This document shows, one piece after another, positions 39,932 through 52,301 of a DNA stretch of 64,000 nt. This DNA comes from Coniocarpon cinnabarinum. Taxonomy: Eukaryota. The notes under the pieces are model-generated. The model was not told where the DNA came from, did not search any database, and was given only the letters and a program-made list of their open reading frames with translations. The stretch covers positions 1 through 64,000 of the forward strand of contig JAVECO010000023.1 in NCBI GenBank assembly GCA_051942205.1, written 5' to 3'. Position 1 is the first letter of the stretch. Each line of letters starts with the position of its first letter. A program made the translations under genes and the position numbers.

Positions 39932-41584
39932 TCACCGACTCACGTGGAACGCGCCGTCCAGCTTCCTTAGCGCGTCTCGATCATTGTTAGATCGCGTTGC
40001 ACCAGACTGCTCTCGATCCCCGTTATTCGAGTCACTTCCGTGGTAGCTCCCGCTGCGACTGCCCAGCGCCGGCCTTTTCGCCGCTGGCTGCCCTGGACTG
40101 GAATACGACTGTTTCAAGTCTTGGGTTGGTGAGCGACGTTGCGGTATTACTTGGGCGAAGTGCGAAGAAGGGGGCGTGTATCGTTGATCCTGAGGCTGAG
40201 CGTGACTTTGCGACTGAGCGGAGGAGGGACGTTGCGATTGCTGATTGTCCGGCGGCGGCGTCTGATTGATCAACGCTGTGATGCTTGGTATCATTCCCTT
40301 CTTTTGCTCGGTCGGGTGGGGGCTCTCGCGCTTCACTTGTACTGAAGGTAAATCATTGGTGGGCGGCGTCACGCGCTGAGCGTCTCTGTCCTGATTGTGT
40401 GCGGGATGTGAACTGCGATCGATGTTGGTACCCATTGGGCTTGCTTCCCCACGAAATGGCGGGAGGGTGTTCAATTCTGGTGGAGTCGGACCAGCGCTGG
40501 CCACGTAAGCTGGAGGACCTGTGGAAGGGTAGGACGTCGGTGGCGGCGGATAATGCGAGCCAGGCGCACCTGTTGACGGAGCTCCTTGAATCAAAGTTTG
40601 AGGTGGTGGCGGATAACCCATAGAAGAGTACGGCGGAAACGTGGGAGGAGGTGGTAGGCCGTTTCCGTTGGAGAGATTAGGCGGCAGCCGATCAAAGGAC
40701 GTGGTATGCGAGACCTCGCGGTGATGGTATGGAGGGTATGCGTGACCTGCTGGTGTAGAGTAGCTGAGCGAGCTGTGATGATATTGCGCAGAGCCTGGTA
40801 CTGATTGACCATTGCTATACCGCGGAGAATAGCTGTGTCCTGTAGGTGGGGTGTGCATGGGTGAAGGCGGCCAGTTGTATGGGGAGGCGTAAGGGTCGTT
40901 ACGGTGGCGGTAAAGGTCATGGTTTCGTGGCTGGGCGTATTGTGGCGTGCTCGCTGTGGTCATCGGTTGCAAAGGAGAGCCGTCTACGGCGTAGCGGGCG
41001 TTCATATTGGTCATTGGACTGCGCGTCATGGCTGGAGTGTTGGTGTGGTCGCTTAATGTTGATTCTGGATACATGCCACGTTCTGGCCGCACATGCCGCA
41101 AAGCAGGGTCAGCAGTAGGTTGTGTAAGCTGCCCTGATGAAGCGTGCGATCGTGAAAAGTAGGAAATCAGATGTAGGTGCTGTCCTTGGCTGGTAGTGAT
41201 GCTGAAGCTCTGCTTGGTCAAACCATCTGGCTTGTATCGATATCCGTCAGGTCCATCACCACCATTTGAATCACCATCGCCTCCACCCTCCTTGCCTGGG
41301 CTATGACCACCGCTGTTGCTCGAACCACCCGTCCTCTTGCCTTCCATCTCGCGATACGTCAAGAAACTTCCATTGACTCGGCTCGCACTCCAACTTTTGC
41401 CGTCCGTCCATCTTCGCATGCCTGCTTCGCGCTCGTCCCAAACGAAGACGGAGCCGGATTTGATGAGTTGTCGCTCCTTTTCTGAAAGTCGCCGTTGCAC
41501 ACGCGGTAATAAGCCAATGCGACAGGCTTCAAAAAGGATAATGGCATCTTGAGGAGTTTTGACATGTCCCGAGTACGTCTCCAT
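39932..41584 (-). CDS. pac2: Gti1/Pac2 (WOPR) family regulator, Pac2-type
   Basis: METYSGHVKTPQDAIILFEACRIGLLPRVQRRL, SGSVFVWDEREAGMRRWTDGKSWSASRV, YRYKPDGLTKQSFSI, HLISYF. In-frame upstream ATGs to 41620. Confidence 0.92.
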   Translation of the reverse strand: METYSGHVKTPQDAIILFEACRIGLLPRVQRRLSEKERQLIKSGSVFVWDEREAGMRRWTDGKSWSASRVNGSFLTYREMEGKRTGGSSNSGGHSPGKEGGGDGDSNGGDGPDGYRYKPDGLTKQSFSITTSQGQHLHLISYFSRSHASSGQLTQPTADPALRHVRPERGMYPESTLSDHTNTPAMTRSPMTNMNARYAVDGSPLQPMTTASTPQYAQPRNHDLYRHRNDPYASPYNWPPSPMHTPPTGHSYSPRYSNGQSVPGSAQYHHSSLSYSTPAGHAYPPYHHREVSHTTSFDRLPPNLSNGNGLPPPPTFPPYSSMGYPPPPQTLIQGAPSTGAPGSHYPPPPTSYPSTGPPAYVASAGPTPPELNTLPPFRGEASPMGTNIDRSSHPAHNQDRDAQRVTPPTNDLPSVQVKRESPHPTEQKKGMIPSITALINQTPPPDNQQSQRPSSAQSQSHAQPQDQRYTPPSSHFAQVIPQRRSPTQDLKQSYSSPGQPAAKRPALGSRSGSYHGSDSNNGDREQSGATRSNNDRDALRKLDGAFHVSR

Positions 41585-44500
41585 TGACGGCATGTCAAGC
41601 CCTATGGATGGTGAGGGCATGTGGGGTGTGTTGAGAGGGCCGTGCAAAGTCAGGTTGGATGTTCGAATCGGTCAGATGCTAAGGTCGTGACCAGCCAAGT
41701 ACAATCAATGAAGGGGCAAAAATAGTAGCGACGGCACAAACAATTGCAGGAAGGATGGCAATCCTCTTGCAAAGGATCTCCTGCAAATGCTGCGCGTACA
41801 GAGGCCCGGCCGCCACAGAAACGCAGATCACCCTCGTGGTTGTGGGTAATGCAGATAATCGCCGAACCAGATACGCATGTACGTAACCTCAAACTGGAGG
41901 GAGAAGACGAAATGATTCAATAAACTCTTTTGTGACGGATAGGCTTTACCGAGGGGCTTGATTCGTGGGACGCTTTTCCCACACCCCGCGCCAGGGCAGT
42001 GCAGGGGTGTGCTGATCCAGTAGGGTTTCGGATGGGAACCAGCAGACCGGATCTACTTGGCTTTGGGGCCCTTGGCGCCGACAGGACGAACGTCGGCTGA
42101 TTCGGAGATCGTAAGAGGAGTGTCTCAACCCCAAGAAGTGATAAGCTGTCGCTAACCAATGGGGTAATTGCCCTGCTGAGACATATGCAATGGGACGCAC
42201 GGTATAGGGCACTGTGCAGCTCGATGCCAAGTGACGGCGCAAGGAATCACCAAGATCTGTAGGTGTGCAACGCAAGAGTTGAAGCTTGTTCAATCTCCAC
42301 TTGCTTTGGTGATAGCCGTTGCGATCGCGCAGAATCCAGGACCGTCCGACACTTGATTTGACAGCTGCAGCAAGGCGAATCTGAAAGCCAGATTTTAACC
42401 TTATTGCCGAACTCTGATTCGCGCCGCTTTTGACGGGTCGAAGGATTGACCCAAAGAAGCTCGTAGAGAACAGGAGCGATTGAATGCTGGTGCGTCGCCC
42501 CCCAAGACTCTGATCGAGGACGCGATGGCGGGGGGCCGTCTGGGCCTCTGCGGGTCGCTTCTGAGGGCGAGTCACGCAGTGACCGTCTCGGTTCGGGTTG
42601 CAGTTACTGCGCGTGACAAGCTGTTCAGGCGCACGACCGAATAGTCAGGAGACGGCGTCTCACAGCAGTCCACGGCGATGCGGAGATGGTACAGCCTGCC
42701 TGGGAATCTTGACACGGATTTAGTTGGTGAAGGTTGGCACTCGGGCTACGTAATTTTCCGAGAACAGGATGAGGCGGCCGTTCTAGAAGGACCGGGAAGT
42801 GCAGATCGATGGCTGAGATGGCCGTTGAAATGACACAGTGACAGGCTGGCAGCGACAGCGCCTGCTCGCGCGTTCGTCAAAGTCAATACACCAGTCGCCG
42901 CTTGTGCCAAAAGCGTCTTCCAATGATTACCGAGCCGAGGCTGTGACGGATGTTGGCGGTAGGTTGGACAGTAGCAGACGCAGCATAGGCCAACGTGAAA
43001 GCTTGTGTTACACACCGGTCGCAAAGGCTCCTGCAATCCGTGGGAAAGGAGGAAGAGTCTCGAGGTAATCAGCAAGGTATGTTGTGGCACAAGTCTAGAT
43101 GGCTCGGGCGGCGATCTTCTGCAGTTGGATCAGCCTGCGCCGCCGGTGCTGCAAGCTGTGGAAAGTGGCTCAATGCCTTGCCTCGAGCGTGCTGCAGCGC
43201 AGGGCCGGTAATTGCTGCTGCGCGATTAATCTTGCTGCACCGTCCGGCACTCGAGGAGCTGTGCGAACCAAGATAGGCTGGTGATCCACCGCTAGGATGA
43301 TTTACAGATTGCAGGACAGGGATGATGAGCCGCGCTGCAGCAAATGACGGGATTGCTGAGCGGTTGGTAGGTGTGGGAAGCGACAGGGATAGATCGCGCG
43401 ATGGCGTGGCGCGGCGATTCGTTAACCTTTCAGTGCTGACGACACGAGTTGGTGCGCTGCTCGAGCGTGCCCGCGACAGTCATTGGAAGAGACGGAAGAC
43501 AAGATGCAGTGAGGTTGGGGAAGAAGTAAAGACGTGCCAGTGCTGCTGTCACCAGTACCGAGAAGAGAGTTCGGACATGGCAGGGTGGACGTTGAGCGCA
43601 CGGGCCCGGATTGACTCGCCGAGTGCCGGGGCGGCGTAGCGGCAGCAGAGTTTCGATAGAGTAAGTATAGTGCAATATGCTTATCACTGCCACCATCCAC
43701 TTACGGGGCCGGCTCCATAAATAACCCCGGCTGCGGATTCATCATCGACGCCCACGGGAACACCATGTCATCGTGCAAGATGCGAGAACGACGCTCCGCG
43801 ATCCGTCCGCGCAAGTGATGGCCAGGCTCTGCCCCGAATCATCCTCGAGGGATGCGCTTTACTGGAGCAGGCGTGACGGGCGCTCTTCTTACTTCTTACC
43901 TACAAGAGGCGCCCACCGGCTGACCGGGATGATGGCGCCTGGGAAGGTCTCCATCCACCATTGCCGGTGCCCGCTCCCCACACGCATGACCATGCCCCAG
44001 GAACCCACGCAGTGACGAGATGCTGGGCGTGGGAAGGTGGAGCACGCCACCATCTGCATTCATGATCAAGATGCAGAGTACGTACCATGCGAGGAGCAAG
44101 CCATCCAGTACGTACATATTCTCCACCAACGTCCCCCCCATCAGCGCAGAGCCGGGAACGCCCACCTTTCTCAAAATAAGCTTAAATTCCTGAGGACCTT
44201 GCTCAGCCCCATCCCGGGTTAGCGCCCTTCTCACCATCTCGTCTGGAGTTGCCCCTCTGACATCTTCATGACTCGCGCTGCCACGCGGCGTCGTGGCGTG
44301 CCTTGTCGGATGCGCTCACCTCCTTCCGGCACACACGCCGTGGTCGTGCATTATTGTTCAATAAACCGTTCATGCAGTATGCAGTATCCTGTCACAGCGG
44401 TCACAACGTTGGTATGTCTTTCCCTATGAGGGTGCGCACGCACTCGCATTGCATAGGTCAGATTCGTGGCTCAGCTCGTAAGCTCAACCAACTGCCGGCG

Positions 44501-45325
44501 ATCGCCACTTTTAGGCCCCCTTTTTGTGTGTGCAGTTATCAGCACATACTCATCCTGCCAGAGGTAGTCATTAAAGTGCGACGTGGCTGGGCGACGCCCT
44601 TGGGCTGCAATAAGATAGTCTTCTGCCACTGGTCCTGTATGAAGCGAGTCATGTTTGCGTCTTCGTGCCCATTCTTGATGCTGGCGCCACACTACCAGCT
44701 AATTGGACGGGAATGGCCCGCCATCGGATTCATTTGAGTTTGCATTGACAAGTTGGACGGTGGCCAAGTTCCAACGGGCCCGAATTCTAGATCTGGGCCG
44801 ACTCGTGGGCCTCAGTAAGGAGTACCTGCCCCGTGGCTATGTCATTGTCGAAACGCTGTAACGCTTGCTAGCTCGACATTTTGACGACTCTCGTCGCTTT
44901 CCCTTTGGCTCGCCGTCTTTAGCGCCGCAGTTGATGCCCAGAAATGACACCTCTCAGCAAGTCTCAGTGGGAACGCTTACGTCAGCCGCCGTGTACGTGT
45001 AGAGTGCAGACCGACAGGCAGGGTGGATGTGACTCAGATTGGATAGGTAAATGGTCTGGAGTAAACAACAGAGGCGCATGCAAAACGCTCTCAAAACCAA
45101 TGCTTGTATAGTATACGCTATGACTTATATACGCAACCCAACCTCGCACGGCTCTTCTGCGACATTTGTCGTTTATTGTATGCCTATCTATGCAAAAGGA
45201 ATGTTCAATATGCACTGAAATCAAACAGTGACGCTCGTGCCAGCGATCGTCTTGCAAAGACAGTAAACGCCAGGACATGCAAAGCACCAATCCAATTCGT
45301 GCGTCCGAGGCCAGCACACCGCACA

Positions 45326-47185
45326 CTAATCTTCGCTCAACGTGCCCGATGCCCAGGGCACATCTCCGGAGATGACACATGGTGAAGCTTGACAGAGCAT
45401 CTCCGCATGCTTGAGCCCATACTCCCTCGACAGCCGCGTCATCTGACCTCGCAACCATGCTCGCTGTACCTCGGGGATGCTCTCCACCAGCGACGCAAAA
45501 TACAACGGAGTCAAGATGAAATAAGCCCCTTGCTTCGGCGTGAACCCAAACGTCGATGCCGCTTCCTCCACACTCTCTGACGTGCTTGTGTTGAACAGGT
45601 GACTTTCGGTGTGGTAGGGCACACTGTAGCAGATATTGTCGACGACTTGTTGAAGTTTGACACCGGCAAGTCTGTACTGATCCTCGCCCTCAACAGCGAG
45701 ACCTCGCTCTGCAAGCCAGTGGAGACAGCGCATCATCAGCGCACTGGCAAACATGCGGACAATGTAATAGTTCATCACATGGTGCGCAGTGGTCATGCTG
45801 CCATACACGTGGATCACAGGGTTCCCAAGCCAGATGTTCGCTTTCTCGATTGGCACGTCGCTCGGACAAGGCGCGTCAACGGAGCAATCCTCGTGCTCTT
45901 GGCAGAAACACGGAAGCACCCGAGGGTACCAATCATCCGAGAGCTGATCGTACCGCACACCAGCCTCCTCGTCGAGCGCGATAGTACTCTGGATAAGCTC
46001 TGAGATGAGGAACGGCTCTGGTTCCGCTGACGAGAAAGCCGTCATGGCTTGAGCACGTAGCGCTGCCAGGTCCAAGGAGAGCTTCACGATAGCGTTTGGG
46101 AACAGTTCCTGCTCCGTGGTATCGGCAAGCCAGTCTTTGTCGGGCGCGAAATCCGGAATCGGGCGTGAGTGGATAAGGTAAGTATGAATCATTTGCATGC
46201 GAGCTGTTTGGAAAAGCTGTAGCGAAGTCTCATCTTGGAATTGACTTTGCCCGCGATGGCGCAGAAGCGCCACAGCGCCGTCCAGATGACGTCTGTAGTT
46301 CAAGTAACTGCCCATGCCAGCAATACTGCCCTCGGTCATCTCGTAGAGGCAGAGCAAGAAAATCGCAAGCAGCGTTGAATCGGCCAAAGACTCTTCCGGA
46401 TCTTGAATGGCTGTGTTTACGCTGCGCAGAGCTTGTGCGTATGTCGCGACAGCCCGTTGACGCAGGCAATGTGTCGGGAAATGGTTCGAGAATGATATCA
46501 AGGACAGCGCCTCGACCGATTGATGGAGTACGGATGTCGACGCAGCTTCATTGTAAATTGGCTTGATCCCTTCAGTAATGAATGGACGATGCTCCTGCAG
46601 GAAGGAATTCAAAGCTTGAGCTGAGGTTGCGCTGTCCAATTGAGGGGTACCACTGTGAGTAGACGTAGGCCGCTGTGTCGGAGATGGATGACTGCTGCTT
46701 CCTGCCAGTGATGTCGGAGACGGCTTGGGCGATTCAAATCTTGAAGATGATTTTGACGACTGTCTGTCCTAGACATCAGCGATGCAATCGCATACAACGC
46801 AAGGGAAACCGAGACTTACTTTATTGAAGAAGGGCCACTAGGTGTGCTCGAAGCGCTACGCCTTTGCTTCTGCGCAGTACGGGCGGACTGGTCTCTCAAG
46901 ACAAGCTCAAAGTCATCTGGTACCCCGGGACAGCTCCTGCCCGTGCTTGTGCCTGAGCAATGCGCAGTCAGCATTGGCGTACAAGCAAGCATCGCTAGGT
47001 CAAACTCACATTTAAAGCATTGTGGTCGAGTTTCGTCACACTGATGGCGGTGTTAGTATCGTGAACATCATCTGAGAAACGGCGCGCCAGGGAGCGAGCG
47101 AAGACCGTGTCTAGGCTTTGCAGACCTTGATTCGACGCGCTTTGCAATTCTGACATCCCCTCGACGGTCGACCTCTGTTCACCAT
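45326..47185 (-). CDS. Zn(II)2Cys6 transcription factor
   Basis: MVNRGRPSRGCQNCKARRIK|CDETRPQCFK|CTSTGRSCPG over two introns. A third intron (donor near 46819) joins the 437-aa ORF with YAQALRSVN...DSTLLAIFLLCLYE...HLDGAVALLRHRG. Confidence 0.88.
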
Positions 47186-49839
47186 TTAGACGAATTTGGT
47201 ATCGGTCAGGCAGCGGCGCTAGACAATTGGCGTGGACTGGACCGCTAATGCTTCCCTTTCATTGAAAAGAAAAATGAAAAGAAAAAGATTGACTCCAAAA
47301 AAAACTTGAATGTATGACGTTTCTGAGTTTGAACGAAAGGCTAAGCGAGTTGGACGATATATATGTACCACATCATGGATAGGCTCCCATATTGTGTAGA
47401 GCCGTGAAGCAGCATATATGTGGCAGGATCGAATGCTTCTGTCTTACCGCACCACACACTCCAATCAAGTGCTCCGACGATCATCTTCAGCCGAGCAAGA
47501 GAGTAGACTTGTCGAGCCGAGGGTGGATCTTAGCAAAGGGGGAAGCTGAACGAAACCTATTTCGAAACATTGCCCCAAGAAGGACCTATACGATCTCAGT
47601 GCTGTTCCAGCCTCAAGGGCCAAATCTACGCATGGTGTAAGGGGGCTCGATGGGCCCCTGTCGCTCAGCGAGTTCTCACGGTTTGGATGACACTTTGGAC
47701 GCCAAAGATACCGGCTCATGGCGCAGTAGGACATCGTGGTAAGTCACATACGGGGCGCGGTGGTAATGATAGACTTGAGCCGCTGTGACGCGTGATACTT
47801 TTTAAGCCGTGTAGAGCAGAGGCCCGGGGGCCCGAAGTAGGGTAGGAGATACCGAAGACCCCTGGATGTCACAGCGATCATTCGCCGTGATCTCCCGCGC
47901 TCGATCGCGCCGCCACGTGGCGCTTATAGTAGCTCCGTTATACACAGTACGAGCTGTCAAAAGGTTCGGGAAGGGTGCAGTTTGCAAAGAAACGAGCAGT
48001 ATACCTGAGGCAGAACATTAGACTAGCGTCATGTTGGTGCCCGGAAAAGAACCACTGAGAAACGGCCGCCATGTCTGAGCACCTTGGCCCCCACGACGCG
48101 GCGTGTAAGCAGAGTTGCAAGCGAAGACTGTGGAATGTGGACGGGCTGGCACGGAGCCACGGTGCAATACGTGAGCCCGTGGAAGCATCGGCACCGGGAG
48201 GCAGGGATCGAAGGACGGAGAGCCCTCGGGGGGGAAGGGAAGCCAGAGAAAGAGCTTCGCATGCGAAGCCACAAGTAGTAAAGCTTGTCGAGCGCGTGGC
48301 TGGGACAAAAAGGGTAAGTTTTGGAGAAACGAGGACAAAAGAAGGAATGGAGAGAGAGGAGGAAAGAGAAGAGAAGAAAAGAGAAGAGGATTCTAGACGG
48401 AGCAGCCGATGATCGGCAACAAGGGCGCGGGCGTGCTGCGCATGAGTGTCGATCACGTGTTTTAAACGCCAGGCAGAATATTCCATGAGCGCCGTTGCGT
48501 CGCTGACAGTGCCCCCGTAGACGCGTGCGCTCGATTGATCAAGCACCATTCAGTGTGGCGCAGTCCTGTCATGCTGTCGCCTTCTTCATTCTTGCCATTC
48601 CTCCGAATTGCCCTTGAATAGGCCTGGGCGGTCATTCTTGCCACGGTCCTTTGCACGCATGGAATCTTGTAGCCTGCGGAGATCCACGAGCTCAACATTC
48701 TTTTGGGCAGCTGAGGGCGCTGCGGCTGCGTCTCAGAGATCGGCGAGTTTGCGCTAGTCGACAGCATCATCACCGAGCCAGGCTGGGGATTTCGTTCAGC
48801 AAGCGCGAGCTGAACCACACTGCGAAATACGGACGATGGAACCTGAGCTGGGTTGCCGCCACTCTGAGACAAGGACATCATGAATGACGAACCGCCTTGA
48901 GACTGAGCGGCCTCTGCAGGGCAGACTGAATGTAGATTTTTTCGAATGTGGCCGGGCACAACCATCACACGCTTCGGCTCCGTACTTCACTACGGAATCC
49001 TTTGAATGGCACTCCATGCCGGCAAAATGACATCATAGCTGCTACTGTTACTGAATCCCCAGTTGTTCGACAGCGGCAAGTCGAAGCAACACTTCCGCGA
49101 CAGCATGGCAGGGGCTTGTTTGACGAACTACAACTCGGGTCATCATATGGCGCGACGACATGCAAGAGGATCACTTTTCATATAAGATGGCATCCTCCGT
49201 CACGCTGCGTTGCATGTTTTGCATTTCATCCTTCTTGCGACGCTGACACGCGAATCTATTTTCGTGCGCGACCTTTCTATGGATGCATTTGTGCTGTTTT
49301 CACGAACAAAAGCCGTTGCGGCGCCCGATCTTTGGCCCAGGAGAGACTGCATGAGCCTGCGTGAAAAGACGTGTGAGCTGCAGACACTATATTATGTGCC
49401 CGGATTAAATGTGCACGGTAAAATAATAGACATAGCTACTTGGCCCTGGGAGTTGCGAGCTGTGGCGCTCATGGCCCCTCCAACGGCGTGGGACTCGCCC
49501 CATTGAGCCAAACGCACCTCGCAACACTTATGTCATTGCGAGACAGAAATGAGTTGTATTGTGTATCCTGTCTCACGCCACGTGATGCTTTCGCTGCGGC
49601 AGCAAAAGGTATATATCCTCATGAGAACTCCTGGAGGTGCAGCTGATGTTCTTGCCCTCCTCTGTGGACGAGTAGTATCAAAGGCTACTGCGGAGTAACA
49701 AGTGATCGTTCGCATCCTGCTCTCTAATTTGGTTTGGCCCAGGTAAGGAAGAGCATTGGTCTCCAGTGAGGCATCCTTAGAACATCGTTTGTCGACTGGT
49801 CAATGGTCTCAGACAGCTCCCAGCTTCAGCGTTTTTATC

Positions 49840-50763
49840 ATGGGTCTTACTTCAGGCGAGATTCTCGACGTAATCAACATTGCCTACTATGGGCCAGCTC
49901 TGTTTATCAGCATATTCGTGGCTTCACGTCATGGCTTCAGGCGCTCTAATGGCTGGCTTTATCTGGTCCCACTGGCCCTTGTTCGGATTGTTGGTTCCAG
50001 TCTGGGAATTGTCGCAACGAGTACACACAAGAAAACCGAGAGTGAAATTGCTGCTATCCTGAGCAGTGTCGGCTTGACCGTGCTCATCCAAGCGCTTGTA
50101 GGGTTTCTGCGTCGAATGTGAGCGTTTCGCCATTCTTGTTGTTGTTCGGATAGCTAATAGACCCTTCTCAGCAATGAGGGCTGCCACAAAGACCACAGAT
50201 TCAATCCACGCTTCATTGATCTCTTCACCATCCCACTCATTGTAGCAATCGGCCTCGGCATTGATGGCGGCATTCAAATGTCAAAAGCTGGCGATTATTC
50301 TTCAGGTCAGGATAAATTCAAGATAACTGGTATCATACTACTCGCTCTGCTAGCCGCACTCACGGCTCTGACAATATTCTCGTCTATCAACAGAAGCTGG
50401 TTGCCTCCAAATGAATTCCGTTTGGTTGGGGCGTGTGCATTTTGTCTACCTGTCCTATTGGTCCGGGTAGTGTATGTCCTCTGCATTGGCTTTGCAGACT
50501 CTGATTCGACCACTTTCAATCTTCTGGCTCCTGATGTGACCGTCGAAGGCATCATGTCGAGCGCGCCTGAATTCATCGTCGTTACTATCCTGCTACTACT
50601 TGGACTGGTTGCCACTAGAGCCAGAAATGTAGCCAAAGTTGGGCCACCACCAATCTATGAGATGGAGCGACAAGATCAGCGCACATTTTCCGCTCAATAT
50701 CCCTCACAGCCCATCGCCTGGGCTCCTAGTGTTGCAACGTCGACTGCACAGCCGCAGCAATAG
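49840..50763 (+). CDS. Multi-pass fungal integral membrane protein
   Basis: Intron 50118-50171 joins two hydrophobic ORFs in frame; RHGF..GWLYL...VRIVG and PVLLVRVVY...PEFIV motifs; about 7 TM segments. Confidence 0.8.
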
Positions 50764-51361
50764 TGTATCTTAGTCAAATAAATCAACAGGGAGGAAACTG
50801 TGGGCCGGAACGTGTTAGTTACGCATGAGCCATGTATGGAAACCGAATTGAGACGTCGTCGAATGAGAATAGGAGTTCGACATTAGTGAGTGTCTCGTTA
50901 CTTTTGAGGTCATAGCGCACGTGACGAGATCTTAGCACCCGACATGCGTCGCCAAGACATTGCCAATGTCATGAGGCACATGCCCGTCGCATACGTAGGT
51001 GCATCGATGCAAAACTAAGCATTTGATGTTGTGCATACCACTACAACGCAGTCTGTACAACTGACGCCTTTCTCTGGTCCGTACATTCTTGGCGCATGAT
51101 ATGCTACTTATCCTCCAATACCACCTCAGCTCGTCACACTAGCAGATTCTCGTGCATCTCACCGGAGAGGGCTTCGTGGCGAACCACACTAGTGACATAC
51201 GTGATAAATATCAGCGCTCATCTCAAAAGCTCGCCTAAAGTTGGTGGTGTGGCTTTCGTGCGACCAGCGATTCCATAGCTCAGCCGTGTCTTTGGAGGTC
51301 TCGACACTGTAATCGTGTTCACGTACCCTTGTACTCAACGGCGTGCTCTTCGGTCCTCGAC

Positions 51362-51879
51362 ATGAGCTCGCTTGTAAACCTTATTCCGGTTATTCTGTTA
51401 CTTGTCGTGGTGGGAGTGGCTGGTTTCATCGGCTACCAGGTATGTCAAACTCCATTTGAAATCCTCCTGAAGGTGGACCGAAACTTCCAAATGAACAAGC
51501 GCTGATTGCCGCTTTGCAGATCTATCTGTACACTCAGGACCTTGCGCATAAAGGCCAGGATTCGATGGCCAAGCGCAACATTCAATTCTCGTCCGATGGT
51601 GGCATGAAAGTCGGGGTCAAGCACATTTCAGAAGAAGAATACGCCGCGAAGACACAGAAGAAGGTGGTCGAAGCATGGAACCTATCAAGCTGGCCGGAAT
51701 ACAAGAGCCGGTTCTGGAACAAAGACGCAGAAATCAACAAGCGACCTTCGTATTGGAGCTCGCGCCAGAACAGCGAACAGGCAAGTGGGACACGCCCAGC
51801 ATCGAGTAGCACAAGACCCAGCGCTGGAGAGCACAAAAGCTCCAGTTTCTTGTCAAAGCACCATTCGCATGAGCAGTGA
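51362..51879 (+). CDS. Small hypothetical protein with an N-terminal TM anchor
   Basis: MSSLVNLIPVILLLVVVGVAGFIGYQ|IYLY (intron 51440-51519, GTATGT..CTGAT..CAG), GGMKVGVK, KTQKKVVEAWNLS. Confidence 0.8.
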
Positions 51880-52301
51880 GGGTTTCGCCAGGGATATGAC
51901 GCTTCAGAAATGTGTGAAGAGTGATGGAATGAATGTTCGTGCTAGCGTATGATTGTATGATGTGTATCGCAAACAATTCCACATGATGGGCCACGACCCT
52001 CATCCACAATTTCTTGAAGTGACGCGATGCGCCTTCTGAATTCGTGTCGATCCAGACTGATGGCCAACTTTCAGGAAAATCTCAGAAGCCCATGCCTTCG
52101 AGCAGCAATATCATGAATTGAAAAGACGTGAGAGGGCGCTATGTCATGTGATTCGGCGTACGTGACGTGTAAGGGCACACAACCCTAGAGGCAAACAACA
52201 CGAGATCTTAATGCTCGACCTGATCGGCTCGATCGTCTCATCTTTGCACTCTGCCGTACCTGCTGCATAGTTGCCATCACACCGATCAGAGAACGCATAC
52301 A

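Noticed and set aside
41655..41675. GTTCGAATC, resembling a tRNA T-loop or B-box
   Set aside because: No flanking T-stem or cloverleaf.
44776..44794. GGGCCCGAATTCTAGATCT: four adjacent or overlapping 6-cutter sites resembling a polylinker
   Set aside because: Only 19 bp with no flanking vector-like sequence; most likely chance.
47938..48968. 150-200-codon ORFs in the intergenic region upstream of the second Zn2Cys6 gene
   Set aside because: Run through CT/GA-rich leader-like sequence with no protein-family signal; likely UTR or promoter.
52271..52301. TTG start given by the ORF track for RAD54, and other TTG/GTG starts in the track
   Set aside because: Artefacts of prokaryote-style ORF calling; spliced ATG models fit better.
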